Below, one piece after another: positions 34,491 to 44,388 of a stretch of 64,000 bases of DNA; positions within the stretch are counted from its first letter, which is position 1; each line of letters starts with the position of its first letter. The position numbers and the translations under genes were made by a program. The DNA is from Cellvibrionaceae bacterium (GTDB taxonomy: Bacteria; Pseudomonadota; Gammaproteobacteria; Pseudomonadales; Cellvibrionaceae), in NCBI GenBank assembly GCA_050298695.1, contig JBNKUQ010000002.1, forward strand, positions 3,136 through 67,135, written 5' to 3'. The notes below the pieces were generated by a model. That model saw only the letters and a program-made list of their open reading frames with translations, was not told the DNA's origin and searched no databases.

Positions 34491-34680
34491 CGTTGTGCTC
34501 CTATATTGAGTGTTCAGTAAAATGAATTCGTATGCGTTTGCTGGGAAATGACCCAGGTCAAATTCAGGGGGCGCAATTATGCCAGTTAAGGCGGCTTTGT
34601 CAACCACTAACCCGGCAGGTTTTAATGTCGAGTTAATAGCAGACACTTTGGATGTTAAAAAGGTGATATATAGAAGATTT

Positions 34681-35037
34681 CTATACCTTGGGGGCTAATT
34701 CGATATTGTCAAAGTTGCTTCCGCTAAATTGAGCAACTCTAAGGCGCTTTTTGCGCTCGTAGTCATAATCGACATCACCCTGCACAAATAAAGGGTTAGA
34801 TTCGTATTCAATGCAGCAATCCGCCCCTAGCTTTTGTAAAATCTCACTATAGTGTTGGGCTTGTTCGTAGTTTAAACCTCTTTTGAGGGTAATGGTCTTA
34901 CCAGAAAACAAGCGTTCTAGGGCATCTTTATCTTTAAGGTTAAAAGCATTGGCAAAACGTATCGAAACATCAGCTTTTGATCTGCCATCAAGGGTGTTAC
35001 CCGAGAATACGACTCTGTAGGTGTTGGCTAAACTCAT
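34681..35037 (-). CDS. Hypothetical protein (118 aa)
   Basis: It is a clean ORF in an otherwise non-coding gap. I recognised no family. Confidence 0.4.
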   Translation of the reverse strand: MSLANTYRVVFSGNTLDGRSKADVSIRFANAFNLKDKDALERLFSGKTITLKRGLNYEQAQHYSEILQKLGADCCIEYESNPLFVQGDVDYDYERKKRLRVAQFSGSNFDNIELAPKV

Positions 35038-35244
35038 AGTGGTGTCCTTAAAATGTATGAGGTTATCAATGATGTGTACGTCTAATTTTGCATCCTTCCG
35101 TTCTCGGAGGCGCGCGTATCTTATATAAAGCTATCGCTAAAAGCGAATATTGTGGCGTTTTTAGAAACCATTGTTACTCGGTGTGTGATTTCTATCACAA
35201 AATAAGCCTCAATGCGAGCTTTAATAGAAGTTAGTATAGTCGCT

Positions 35245-36996
35245 TTAAAAGTTGCTGAGCCAAAGTGCTTGATATGGCGCCATAACATATTTGTCTCCGT
35301 GATTGTCTAGTTGGGCCCCGCTGATTAGGTCATGCCAGTGGTCAGTAGCTATAAGGTTAATACTGGACAATAAAACGGTTTGGGCTGTGTCGCTGATGTT
35401 GTGCAAACAAAAAATACTTTGACGTCTATCCATGCTTTGTCGCCAAAAAGCAAAGATTTGGTTGTTAAAATGAAGTGTAAACTGTGTGGCATTAGGGTGG
35501 AATGCTGGTTGTTGTTTACGTATGTGAATTAAATTTTTTAGCTGTTTAAGAACTTGATGATGAGTGGTGTTTTCATTGATGAGTTGTTTCGTCAGTTCCT
35601 CAGCTTGCCATTGATGTCGATTAATCGCACGGTTATAGCCCTTATCGTCAACGCGCTTTAAGTCATTTTCGGTCGCAAGAAGGCTGTGAATATAAAACGC
35701 GGGGATGCCTTCTAGGGCCAACATAATGGCATGTGCACAAACGAAGCGAGCGATCTGCCACTGATCAGGACCTTTGGTCGTTCCTTTTAGTGCATCAAAT
35801 AATGAAATATTGATTTCGTAGGGTTTATTTATGCCATTATCAAGTGCGCGCCAAGAAATTTTTCCACCAAACATTTCCATGGTTTCAGTCAGGTTTTGGA
35901 TTTCTTTATCACTTAACAGCCCCTCCGCAGGTCTTAGCCCTATACCATCGTGGGAGGCTATGAAATTAAAATAGGTCGTACCGTTTTGAGCCGGCGGCAT
36001 ACTCATTAGCCAGTTTTTTAGATAATGACAGTCTCCGGTTGTTAGTGTGTTGACAAGTAGTGGAGGTAATGAAAAATTATAAATGCAGTGTGCCTCATTG
36101 CCATTGCCAAAATAGGACAAGTTTTCTCTATTGGGAATGTTCGTTTCGGTAATGATAATGGAATCTTTTTGTGCGTGTTCTATGAGTGTCCTTAATAAGC
36201 GCACAATCTCATGGGTTTGTGGCAGGTTGATACAGCTTGTGCCCAGTTCTTTCCATAAAAATGCCACAGCATCAAACCGAAAAATACGTATACCGTGATT
36301 GAGATAAAAACGAATGATGCCGACAATTGCGCATAGCACGTCGGGATTTTTAAAATCAAAATCGACTTGGTCGTGACTGAATGTGCACCATACGTACTTA
36401 GGGTCATCTTGCTTGTTCGCTTTGATTACGTTGGTTTTACGAAACAGCGGTGTGGTTCGTGGCCGTACAACGGCTGAAGTATCATCGTCTGGTGAACCCG
36501 TGACAAAGAAAAACTTTCCTGGTTCTTCATCGCGAATAAACTGCTGAAACCATTCATTGTCTTTTGAGCAGTGATTAATAACCAGATCCGACATGAGCCG
36601 GAAATCACGACTAATAATGTCGATGTCATCCCATGAGCCTAACTCTGTATTGACAGAACGATAGTTGATAACAGAAAAGCCATCATCTGCGCAGTAAGGA
36701 AAAAAAGGCAGAATATGAATGGTATTGATATATTCGTGTAGATACTGATGTAAAAAATGATGGAGCGTTTTTAAAGGCGCTTCATTGTCATTGACGACAG
36801 AATTTCCGTAAGTGATAACCGCAATGTCGTGTTCAGTCCAGTGGTTGTGTTGGTGCAAGGGTGTAAAGCAAAATTCGTCCAGACGCATAATTTTGATGAG
36901 TTTTTGCGCCAGCGCTTTATTGTCTTCATCGGTATAAATTAAACCAAGGTGATTCTCTATGCGCTCTGCTAATTGTTCGAGTGTAACATTCTGCAT
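35245..36996 (-). CDS. GH13_18 sucrose-phosphorylase-family enzyme; by context, probably a glucosylglycerate phosphorylase
   Basis: The GH13 conserved regions are [29 protein letters not shown] and FIASHDGIG. It is 583 aa and the last gene of the gpgS/gpgP operon. Confidence 0.7.
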   Translation of the reverse strand: MQNVTLEQLAERIENHLGLIYTDEDNKALAQKLIKIMRLDEFCFTPLHQHNHWTEHDIAVITYGNSVVNDNEAPLKTLHHFLHQYLHEYINTIHILPFFPYCADDGFSVINYRSVNTELGSWDDIDIISRDFRLMSDLVINHCSKDNEWFQQFIRDEEPGKFFFVTGSPDDDTSAVVRPRTTPLFRKTNVIKANKQDDPKYVWCTFSHDQVDFDFKNPDVLCAIVGIIRFYLNHGIRIFRFDAVAFLWKELGTSCINLPQTHEIVRLLRTLIEHAQKDSIIITETNIPNRENLSYFGNGNEAHCIYNFSLPPLLVNTLTTGDCHYLKNWLMSMPPAQNGTTYFNFIASHDGIGLRPAEGLLSDKEIQNLTETMEMFGGKISWRALDNGINKPYEINISLFDALKGTTKGPDQWQIARFVCAHAIMLALEGIPAFYIHSLLATENDLKRVDDKGYNRAINRHQWQAEELTKQLINENTTHHQVLKQLKNLIHIRKQQPAFHPNATQFTLHFNNQIFAFWRQSMDRRQSIFCLHNISDTAQTVLLSSINLIATDHWHDLISGAQLDNHGDKYVMAPYQALWLSNF

Positions 36997-36999
36997 GGC

Positions 37000-38229
37000 T
37001 TATCCGCTTTTACTAAATTCTTCGTTATCTTCATGCACAGCATTGCGCAAACGCTCGTAAATATCCGGTATCGCGCTGACGACTCGGCTCCAGCTGGGTA
37101 TAAAAGGGTTTTCCATAGGTTTGTCGATAAATTCTTGTCCAGCTTTCATGACATTCTTAGCAAACATTTCAACGGCTAATTCTTCTTTATGGACATCAAT
37201 GTTAAGGCCATTGATGATGGCATCGTTTTTATAGGTTTCAACAAAGTCGAGTGCTATTCGAAAGTAAGTGGCTTTTATTGTGCGGAATGTTTCCGGGGAA
37301 AAAACGACACCTTGCGTTGCCAATTTTCGAAATAGTGCCTTGCTGATATCAATGGACATTTTTGATAAACCAGCAGTGGCATCATCGAAAGATAAATCTT
37401 GATGTTTGTGGTCATAGGTGGCTGCAATATCAACCTGACACAAGCGATTATTGGCATAGTTTCGGTGGACTTCTGAGAGTACACCTATTTCTAGTCCCCA
37501 ATCACTTGGAATGCGAATATCAGAAATAACATCTCGCCGGAATGAAAATTCTCCAGCCAGTGAATATCGATAGCTGTCCATATAATCCAAGTAGGGTGAG
37601 TCACCTACGATACGTTTAAGTGCCCGCAATAGTGGTGTAACGAGTAAGCGGCAGACGCGGCCATTCATGTTTTGATCGGCAATGCGGGCATAGTAGCCTT
37701 TACAAAATTCATAGTTAAAATTAGGGTTGGCAACGGGGTAGATGAGTCGCGCAAGCATGCGGCGATCATAGGTCAAAATATCACAATCATGTAAAGCAAT
37801 CGATTCGCTTTTCCCTGAAGAGAAAATGTAGCCCAGACAATACCAAACATTTCTACCTTTGCCGAGTTCTTGCGGCGCGAGCCCGAGGGCTTGTAACTCC
37901 TTGTCGATAGCTTGCAAACGTGGACCATCATTCCACAAAATACGGTGGTGTTGGGGTAGTTCTCCAAAAAAGTCTAAGGCATAGCGGTACTGTGTTTCAT
38001 CGGCTCGGTCCAGCCCAATGACAATTTCATTAAGGTAAGGTACTTTTTTTAAATGCTCAACAATATTGAGTAGGGCATCGCCTTCTAATTCTGAAAAAAG
38101 AGAGGGTAGCAGCAGCGACATGGGTCTGATTTTTGAAAAGCAGATGAGTTCGTATTCTAGTTCTTCTAAGCTGCGGTTGGATAGATCGTGTAATGTCGTA
38201 ATAATACCGTTTTGGTAAAAATCACCCAT
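37000..38229 (-). CDS. gpgS: Glucosyl-3-phosphoglycerate synthase-like glycosyltransferase
   Basis: The N-terminus is FYQNGIITTLHDL. The blocks LWNDGPRLQAID...GKGRNVWYCLGY...ALHDCDILTYDRRMLARLIYPV...CKGYYARI...NGRVCRLLVTPLLRAL match my memory of cyanobacterial/proteobacterial GpgS. Mannosyl specificity cannot be excluded. Confidence 0.65.
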   Translation of the reverse strand: MGDFYQNGIITTLHDLSNRSLEELEYELICFSKIRPMSLLLPSLFSELEGDALLNIVEHLKKVPYLNEIVIGLDRADETQYRYALDFFGELPQHHRILWNDGPRLQAIDKELQALGLAPQELGKGRNVWYCLGYIFSSGKSESIALHDCDILTYDRRMLARLIYPVANPNFNYEFCKGYYARIADQNMNGRVCRLLVTPLLRALKRIVGDSPYLDYMDSYRYSLAGEFSFRRDVISDIRIPSDWGLEIGVLSEVHRNYANNRLCQVDIAATYDHKHQDLSFDDATAGLSKMSIDISKALFRKLATQGVVFSPETFRTIKATYFRIALDFVETYKNDAIINGLNIDVHKEELAVEMFAKNVMKAGQEFIDKPMENPFIPSWSRVVSAIPDIYERLRNAVHEDNEEFSKSG

Positions 38230-38247
38230 AGTTTCTCCTATTTTTTA

Positions 38248-39090
38248 TCATTGTTGTGTTTCTGCCTGTTTGAAAAAAAGTTGGTGAATGGCTTCGCTCC
38301 AGCCACTGGGTCCTGTTTTTTTTGTGATGATCTTGCAAGGGTGGTCAAATATGGGGGCGTCATTGATTGGCGATTTAACGACAACTGCTATGTCAGCTGC
38401 TTTCAGCATATCTATGTCATTTTTACCATCGCCCAGAGCCACGACTTTAACATTTTCGCCATAGTGTTTTTCGTACTGTTGTGCTAGCCAAGACGTGGCG
38501 CTACCTTTATTGGTGTGTCCCATCAAATGAATAAAACGCCCGCCTTCGGTAAAATGAATATGCTGTTTATATAAATGCCAGTAAAACTGTTTTCGCTGTT
38601 CTTCATTGCCGAGCCATTGCAGTGGTTCGGTATAATCTCGCCGCATTGAACGCTCTGCCTGTTCTTTTGATAATCCTGTCATTTGTATAATGTCATCAAC
38701 TGTAGACTGATGATAGCTACGATAGTACTGATTAAATTCGGCAGGTAATTTTTTTAATGCGGCAATAAGTTGCTCTCTGGATCTTCCAAGATTCACTTTC
38801 CAGTAGTGGCCACCTTCTTCGCTGATATCGAGTTTATGTGAAAAATAATTTTTGGGAACAAAAATGCCGGACCCATTTTCTGTAACAAATGGATGCTGAT
38901 TATTGAGTTGCTTGCGCAAACCATTTATTTCTCCGGCGGTCTTACTGCTATTGATGATAATGGGGGTATTGTATTGCTTGAGTTTGTTAAGTGCGTTAAT
39001 GGCAGGAATAAAACTGTAAGTGTGGTGATCTAGCAGTGTGCCATCTAGGTCTGTCACAATAATCCAACGGGTTTGTTTATCGGTGTTCAT
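38248..39090 (-). CDS. gpgP: HAD-IIB glucosyl/mannosyl-3-phosphoglycerate phosphatase (YedP/MpgP family)
   Basis: WIIVTDLDGTLLDHH, INSSKT and ALGDGKNDIDML are present. ATG 39090 (MNTDKQT) is preferred to 39138. It overlaps the upstream kinase gene by 14 nt. Confidence 0.7.
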   Translation of the reverse strand: MNTDKQTRWIIVTDLDGTLLDHHTYSFIPAINALNKLKQYNTPIIINSSKTAGEINGLRKQLNNQHPFVTENGSGIFVPKNYFSHKLDISEEGGHYWKVNLGRSREQLIAALKKLPAEFNQYYRSYHQSTVDDIIQMTGLSKEQAERSMRRDYTEPLQWLGNEEQRKQFYWHLYKQHIHFTEGGRFIHLMGHTNKGSATSWLAQQYEKHYGENVKVVALGDGKNDIDMLKAADIAVVVKSPINDAPIFDHPCKIITKKTGPSGWSEAIHQLFFKQAETQQ

Positions 39091-39994
39091 TATCCAACCT
39101 ATTGATAATGTTATGTTCTGGGCTGAGTTCGAAAACAATATCGGCTTTTTGTGGTAGAAAGCATAACATATGCTCAGTTAAACGTTGGTAATGTTCTATA
39201 AATCGTCGCAGTTCATTGGAATTCATTATTTTTTTATTTTGTAGTGATTGTTCTGTTTTTTTTTTGCGCAGTTTCTCTTCTTGTTTTTCTCGCCAAAGGT
39301 AGACGCAGTCAAAACTCGGCGCCTTAAGCATAACTAAGCGATCTAATTGTGCAAACAAAGGCATGTACTCTTTTTCTATATACTTATTTATTTTACGTCG
39401 CCATATTCCTTTGGGATCCTCTTCTTTTTCCAGCGTATTTATTGCGGTAATTAAGGCTGACTCCTTTTGAGAACATACGCCAATGCACCAACCTTCCAAA
39501 ATAATAATATCTGCGGGTCCATTTAAGTAATCCCATTGAGATGTTGCGCTGCGATCATCTATTGATTTATCAAAGCGTGGGATGGGAATGGATGCTTGAG
39601 TATTTGTTAAGTTTGTTAGTGTTTTTTGTAGCAGTCTTGTGTCATGTGTTCCTGGAACCCCTCGTGTTTTAAATAAAGGATGTACTTTGTTTGCTAAGTC
39701 TTGACGCTCTTGTCGTGTTAAATAAAAGTCATCAATCGACAGGTTGGCCACATTTTTCTGATATGTGTGTGTCAGTAGCTTTGTTAGCAATGCAGCCAGG
39801 GTGGATTTTCCACTACCTTGGCAGCCATTAATACCGATGAGTAAGCATGACGAGGATTGATTGGCGAGTTCAGCTAATTCTTCGCTAAGTGGTAAATAGT
39901 AGGCCTCTGCTGTCTCGCTAAACTGGCTAGGGAGCTGCTCTTCCTGGTAGAAGTGCTCTAGAAGTTCCTTTTCACATAGGTTCAACTTGTGCAT
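39077..39994 (-). CDS. P-loop D-glycerate 3-kinase (plant/cyanobacterial GLYK type)
   Basis: IGINGCQGSGKSTLAALL...LSIDDFYLTRQERQDLA...FKTRGVPGTHD parallels the GLYK signature (GCGKTT...LSIDDFYLT...RGNAGSHD). ATG 39994 is preferred to 40018. Confidence 0.65.
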   Translation of the reverse strand: MHKLNLCEKELLEHFYQEEQLPSQFSETAEAYYLPLSEELAELANQSSSCLLIGINGCQGSGKSTLAALLTKLLTHTYQKNVANLSIDDFYLTRQERQDLANKVHPLFKTRGVPGTHDTRLLQKTLTNLTNTQASIPIPRFDKSIDDRSATSQWDYLNGPADIIILEGWCIGVCSQKESALITAINTLEKEEDPKGIWRRKINKYIEKEYMPLFAQLDRLVMLKAPSFDCVYLWREKQEEKLRKKKTEQSLQNKKIMNSNELRRFIEHYQRLTEHMLCFLPQKADIVFELSPEHNIINRLDNEHR

Positions 39995-40233
39995 TAGGCA
40001 TTCTTCCAAAATGATCAAGATAATAGAGTTAATTGACTATAAAAGGGTAGATTTGCTGCAAGGTTCATGCAAGAAACGACAAATGTCTCTACATCCATTA
40101 CACTCACGCCTTTTTCTATGTCCGATAATCTTACTCACGTGTGATGATTATTACTCCATTTATTAAGCCCCTCGTCTTGGGTAAGGTGGATCGGGTGCGG
40201 ATAAATAGATGATCATGTCTAAAGAGTAGTCGT

Positions 40234-41826
40234 GTGGAAAAATCGAATAACAGCAGTGCAAAGATAACAAAACACAAAGGTTTGTTGAGATCGGGCTTAA
40301 TTGTAAGCGCTATGACTATGCTTTCCCGAGTACTTGGTTTGGCCCGTGATGTCGTATTTGCGCACCTTATTGGTGCGCAACCGGGTGCTGATGCTTTTTT
40401 TGTGGCATTTAAAATCCCTAATTTTTTGCGCCGTTTGTTTGCTGAGGGGGCATTTGCGCAAGCCTTTGTCCCTGTTTTATCCGAGTATCGCGAAAAGGGA
40501 AGCCGTGAAGCGGTACAAGGTTTAATTGACCGAGTTTGTGGATGCTTGGGAATTACCTTGTTGGGACTAACCTTAGTTGTAATTGTTGGTGCGCCGGTAG
40601 TGACGACTATCTTCGCGCCAGGATTCTGGAATGATCCTTACAAGTTTGACCTTGCTCAACAGATGCTGCGCATTACCTTTCCCTATTTGTTATTGATTTC
40701 CTTAACGGGTTTTGCCGGCGCCATATTGAATAGTTACGATCATTTTGCTGCGCCTGCTTTTACCCCTGTCTTACTGAATATATGCCTAATAAGCGCCGCC
40801 ATCTGGGTAAGTCCTTATTTTGATCCACCCGTCATGGCCTTAGCTTGGGGGGTATTAGCGGCTGGTATGGTTCAGTTAGGGTTTCAGATTCCTTTTTTGT
40901 GGAAAATGCGTTTGATGCCTCGACCTAAGGTTGATTTTAAGGACAGTGGTGTTCGGCGGGTATTACTGTTGATGGCTCCCGCTATTTTTGGTGTGTCGGT
41001 ATCGCAAATCAATTTATTATTGGACACGGTACTGGCGTCTTTTCTACCTACGGGCAGCATTGCTTGGCTTTACTATTCTGACCGTCTTGTTGAGTTACCG
41101 TTGGGGACGATTGCCATTGCTATTGGTACTGTCATTTTGCCAAGTTTGTCGAGGCAACACGTAGCAGAAGATAGTAGTAAATTTAGTGCAACGATGGATT
41201 GGGCTTTGCGTTGGATTCTTCTTATTGCTTTTCCTGCGACAGTGGCTTTGTTTATTTTGTCTCAGCCCATATTAAGTACTTTGTTTGAGTATGGAAAAAC
41301 AACCACTACAGATATTGCGATGTCTTCATTAAGTCTAAAGGCCTACTCTGTTGGATTACTCGCGTTTATGTTAATTAAAGTGTTAGCACCGGGGTATTTT
41401 TCGCGACAAGATACCAAAACGCCGGTGAAAATAGGCATTATTGCCATGGGGATGAATATGCTGTTCAACTTGTTGTTTGTTATTCCCTTCCATTTTCTGT
41501 GGCAGCTAGGTCATGTTGGCTTGGCGATAGCGACCTCTTTATCCGCTTTTGTGAATGCGGGTTTGCTTTATCGCGGCTTACGCAAGAGAAACGTTTATCA
41601 ACCTGCTTATGGTTGGTGTTATTACATCTTGCGATTATTAGTGGCTAATACGGTAATGGCGATTACCTTGTTTTTGAGCTTACAGTACGTTGCTGATTGG
41701 TCTACTTTTCTAGCTTTGGAGCGCATTGTCTATGTGGGTGTTATTTGTATGACGGGTTTGTTGGTCTATGTTGTAACACTTTTTGTTGTGGGGTTTAGAT
41801 TGGATTCTATTCGCTACAAAGCTTAG
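40234..41826 (+). CDS. murJ: Lipid II flippase MurJ (MviN)
   Basis: GLLRSGLIVSAMTMLSRVLGLARDVVFAHLIGA...FFVAFKIPNFLRRLFAEGAF is the canonical MurJ N-terminus. The protein has about 14 TM helices and is 530 aa. It has a GTG start, and the exact start is uncertain. Confidence 0.9.
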   Translation: MEKSNNSSAKITKHKGLLRSGLIVSAMTMLSRVLGLARDVVFAHLIGAQPGADAFFVAFKIPNFLRRLFAEGAFAQAFVPVLSEYREKGSREAVQGLIDRVCGCLGITLLGLTLVVIVGAPVVTTIFAPGFWNDPYKFDLAQQMLRITFPYLLLISLTGFAGAILNSYDHFAAPAFTPVLLNICLISAAIWVSPYFDPPVMALAWGVLAAGMVQLGFQIPFLWKMRLMPRPKVDFKDSGVRRVLLLMAPAIFGVSVSQINLLLDTVLASFLPTGSIAWLYYSDRLVELPLGTIAIAIGTVILPSLSRQHVAEDSSKFSATMDWALRWILLIAFPATVALFILSQPILSTLFEYGKTTTTDIAMSSLSLKAYSVGLLAFMLIKVLAPGYFSRQDTKTPVKIGIIAMGMNMLFNLLFVIPFHFLWQLGHVGLAIATSLSAFVNAGLLYRGLRKRNVYQPAYGWCYYILRLLVANTVMAITLFLSLQYVADWSTFLALERIVYVGVICMTGLLVYVVTLFVVGFRLDSIRYKA

Positions 41827-41941
41827 GGGTTGTTGACGCGCAGAACATGGGCAGGTATATGCTCCTGCGAGAAGCAAAAATACCAGTAAATCGAGGCCAT
41901 TGTACTCACGACATCCGGCCGTTTGGTGCGTCAGGATTTTT

Positions 41942-43102
41942 TCAGGGATAACTAGATAGTATCTCCCCATCCCAGTTGATGCCATAAGTTGTCGCATCTC
42001 GTATCGAGCTTTGATTGCGTATTGCTAATAATAATATTTCGGCGATGCTTAAATATTGAGAAAAAAATAAAAAGGGATCTTTTTTATCGAAAATAATATC
42101 GCGAGCATGCCGGTAGTCGCGTAACCATTCTAATGTTTGTCGTTTGATAATGGCTTGAGGTAAGGCATTAAGTATCATGGCCGCAGCAGACATGGCTGCT
42201 TTGCTTTCAGTATCGGTAGTGATAGTTTTTAGTCCAAGAATGGCATCGCCTATATTCTGTTTATTAAATAAATGTATGCCACTTGTTGCTCTAGGGTTGC
42301 ATTCGATTAGTGATATACCGTTGTCATTTTTCATAAAATCAAAGCTGATTTGGCCGCTAAATTCATGCTTTTTAACAAAGTTTCTGACAAACTTTTCTAG
42401 AGTGCTATTTGTTTCTTTAGAAAAATAAATGCTTGCAGAATTCTTAATCCGGTATTTAGGTCGATAACTACTATGCGCATACAAATTTCCTTTGTGGGCA
42501 ATACTATAAGTGCATATCTCGTTCCCATGTATTTTATCTTGAATTAGATAGTGACTGTTTTTTCCACCATTTTGTATTAATTTTATAATATTTTTAGCCT
42601 TAGGATTGAGTAAAACGCCAGTGCCAAACCGTGAATATTCACGTTTAATGATTTTGTTTTCCCAATTTTCATGAAGTCTATCTATAAGCTTTTTGTCATC
42701 AATTAATTCCGTGTCAGGAAATTCAATCCCACAATTTTGAGCGAGATGGAATATTTGATATTTACTGTGAGCTTTTGTTAAAAAATCTATGTCACTGGAA
42801 ATAATGTCGCAGTATCTTCCAAGTGTTTTTTTAAGATAAGCAATATAAAAAATTTCTTCACAAGTAGGTAGAAGGTAATCAATATTTTCTTTTTCTATAA
42901 TTTTAAGCAAATCCTTTTTAAATTGTTTTACGTTTTTTCTAGGTGCGGTGATTAGATAGTGATTTTTGATTAAGCGAGAGTAACGTGATAGAGGAAGATG
43001 TAAACAGTCTACAGTAGAAACTTGATGCCCATGGTGTGTGAGGTTTCTTGTCAACTCCAAGGCGGCAGGGGAACGAGAGCCGGTAATAAGAAAGTGTGCC
43101 AT
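41942..43102 (-). CDS. ATP-grasp-domain ligase, substrate unknown
   Basis: It has a Rossmann-like N-domain (HFLITGSRSPAALELTRNLTHHGHQV) and an ATP-grasp core ending in ISLIECNPRATSG. It is 386 aa and visibly AT-rich. Confidence 0.65.
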   Translation of the reverse strand: MAHFLITGSRSPAALELTRNLTHHGHQVSTVDCLHLPLSRYSRLIKNHYLITAPRKNVKQFKKDLLKIIEKENIDYLLPTCEEIFYIAYLKKTLGRYCDIISSDIDFLTKAHSKYQIFHLAQNCGIEFPDTELIDDKKLIDRLHENWENKIIKREYSRFGTGVLLNPKAKNIIKLIQNGGKNSHYLIQDKIHGNEICTYSIAHKGNLYAHSSYRPKYRIKNSASIYFSKETNSTLEKFVRNFVKKHEFSGQISFDFMKNDNGISLIECNPRATSGIHLFNKQNIGDAILGLKTITTDTESKAAMSAAAMILNALPQAIIKRQTLEWLRDYRHARDIIFDKKDPFLFFSQYLSIAEILLLAIRNQSSIRDATTYGINWDGEILSSYP

Positions 43103-43112
43103 TTCTTAGGTT

Positions 43113-44255
43113 TTATAATTGCAGTGAAATTAGTTTGTTGGCAACTAAAGGACTTATTTTTTCAAGAAGGCGCCATGGTATTCTTCTTTTAAAACGTTGG
43201 TTAGTTAAATCAATAAAATTGTACTCCATGTATTGTTTTGCTCCTCGCGTTCGTTTGAACTCAGCGGCTCCACTACTACAGTGAACCAATAAATTTTTCT
43301 GATATGCGACTTGATAAGGAATAAAACAAGCCATTCGATAAAGCCCCTCATTTGCTGGTCGTTGAGTATCAAAGCCTAAAATAGGGGTGGTGACCATTCC
43401 ATTGCGAATAAAATATCCACAGGCACTACGCATATTACCGTTAATTTTTTTAAATCCTGTGTAATGGAGGGTGTGTTGTCTATGGGTTTCTTTGTAAAAA
43501 TACTTGGTAAATTGAGGGTTGAGACTGCTCCATTTTTCAAGATAGAGCTGATCGTACAATCTGTTAATGCTTATGAGATCGCTCTCTGAGATATCCTCAT
43601 GATCGAGTGGCTCATATCTTGTTGTTTTTAGCATTCGAATGTCATTCTTTAATGAACGTTTTTGGCTGGCGATAATAGGATCTTGTAGATAAACAGAACG
43701 CCCTAGTATCGGGGTTAGTCCTAATTTTAATAACTGCCCGTAAAGCTCTTGAGAATTAAATGCTGATACTGAACGAAAATAAACGCCATGTTTTGGAAAA
43801 TGTTTTTTTACTTCGCTGATTACAGCTTTTAATTCTGCTTCTTCATAATTTAAGTGTAGGTTTGTTGATAGCATCCAATTATTGATTGTAGCGACTTTGT
43901 TAATGTCACAATGCTTAAAGAGGGTTCCTAATAGCTTGATTAAAAGCGATAAGATGTAAGCAATAAAAGGGGTTCTCAGCTCTTTCAGCTCATAGAGTAA
44001 ATAGGATACATATTGGCCATAGGGGGAAGCTACATAAGAATTAGCGTATTCGCGATTATTGACAGTTAGAGGCAATACTTTGTCGCCGACAATAATGACA
44101 TATAGCTCTGTTTTGATGTTGCGTATAAACTTTGTACAGCCTTTTTTTAGCATAGGTGATAAGAACCTTCTGGCGTAATCACCATCTGAGTTATTTGGCC
44201 AAGGTATCATGTCGAGCTCTTTGGCTGCGTAAATCTGAGCAGTAATAGTTTTCAT
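43113..44255 (-). CDS. GNAT-fold (Acetyltransf_6/FemAB-like) protein, function unknown
   Basis: The C-terminal block YDQLYLEKWSSLNPQFT...ILGFDTQRPANEGLYRMACF...SSGAAEFKRTRGAKQYMEY resembles BioF2-like/FemAB-like acyl(aminoacyl)transferase domains as I remember them. It is 10 nt upstream of the ATP-grasp gene. Confidence 0.45.
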   Translation of the reverse strand: MKTITAQIYAAKELDMIPWPNNSDGDYARRFLSPMLKKGCTKFIRNIKTELYVIIVGDKVLPLTVNNREYANSYVASPYGQYVSYLLYELKELRTPFIAYILSLLIKLLGTLFKHCDINKVATINNWMLSTNLHLNYEEAELKAVISEVKKHFPKHGVYFRSVSAFNSQELYGQLLKLGLTPILGRSVYLQDPIIASQKRSLKNDIRMLKTTRYEPLDHEDISESDLISINRLYDQLYLEKWSSLNPQFTKYFYKETHRQHTLHYTGFKKINGNMRSACGYFIRNGMVTTPILGFDTQRPANEGLYRMACFIPYQVAYQKNLLVHCSSGAAEFKRTRGAKQYMEYNFIDLTNQRFKRRIPWRLLEKISPLVANKLISLQL

Positions 44256-44388
44256 AGGGTGGTAATACCAAGGTATGTCTCTGGCAATGTTTTATTTCTG
44301 ATTTTGTGTTCTATAATAAATATTAATTTGTTATGGGCAATTCATGTCTGTATAAAAAAATAATAGGTAATAGGGCTGAGCCATATAA

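Noticed and set aside
34230-34646. 138-aa ORF-track model for the S20 gene
   Set aside because: Only the last 86 codons match ribosomal protein S20, from GTG 34490 ((V)[12 protein letters not shown]...). The upstream 52 codons have no S20 counterpart and are most likely untranslated leader.
40130-40160. TGTGATGATTATTACT as a possible second CRP site in the divergent glycerate-kinase/murJ promoter region
   Set aside because: The second half-site (TTACT) matches TCACA at only 3 of 5 positions. It is not comparable to the perfect site at 33198-33213.
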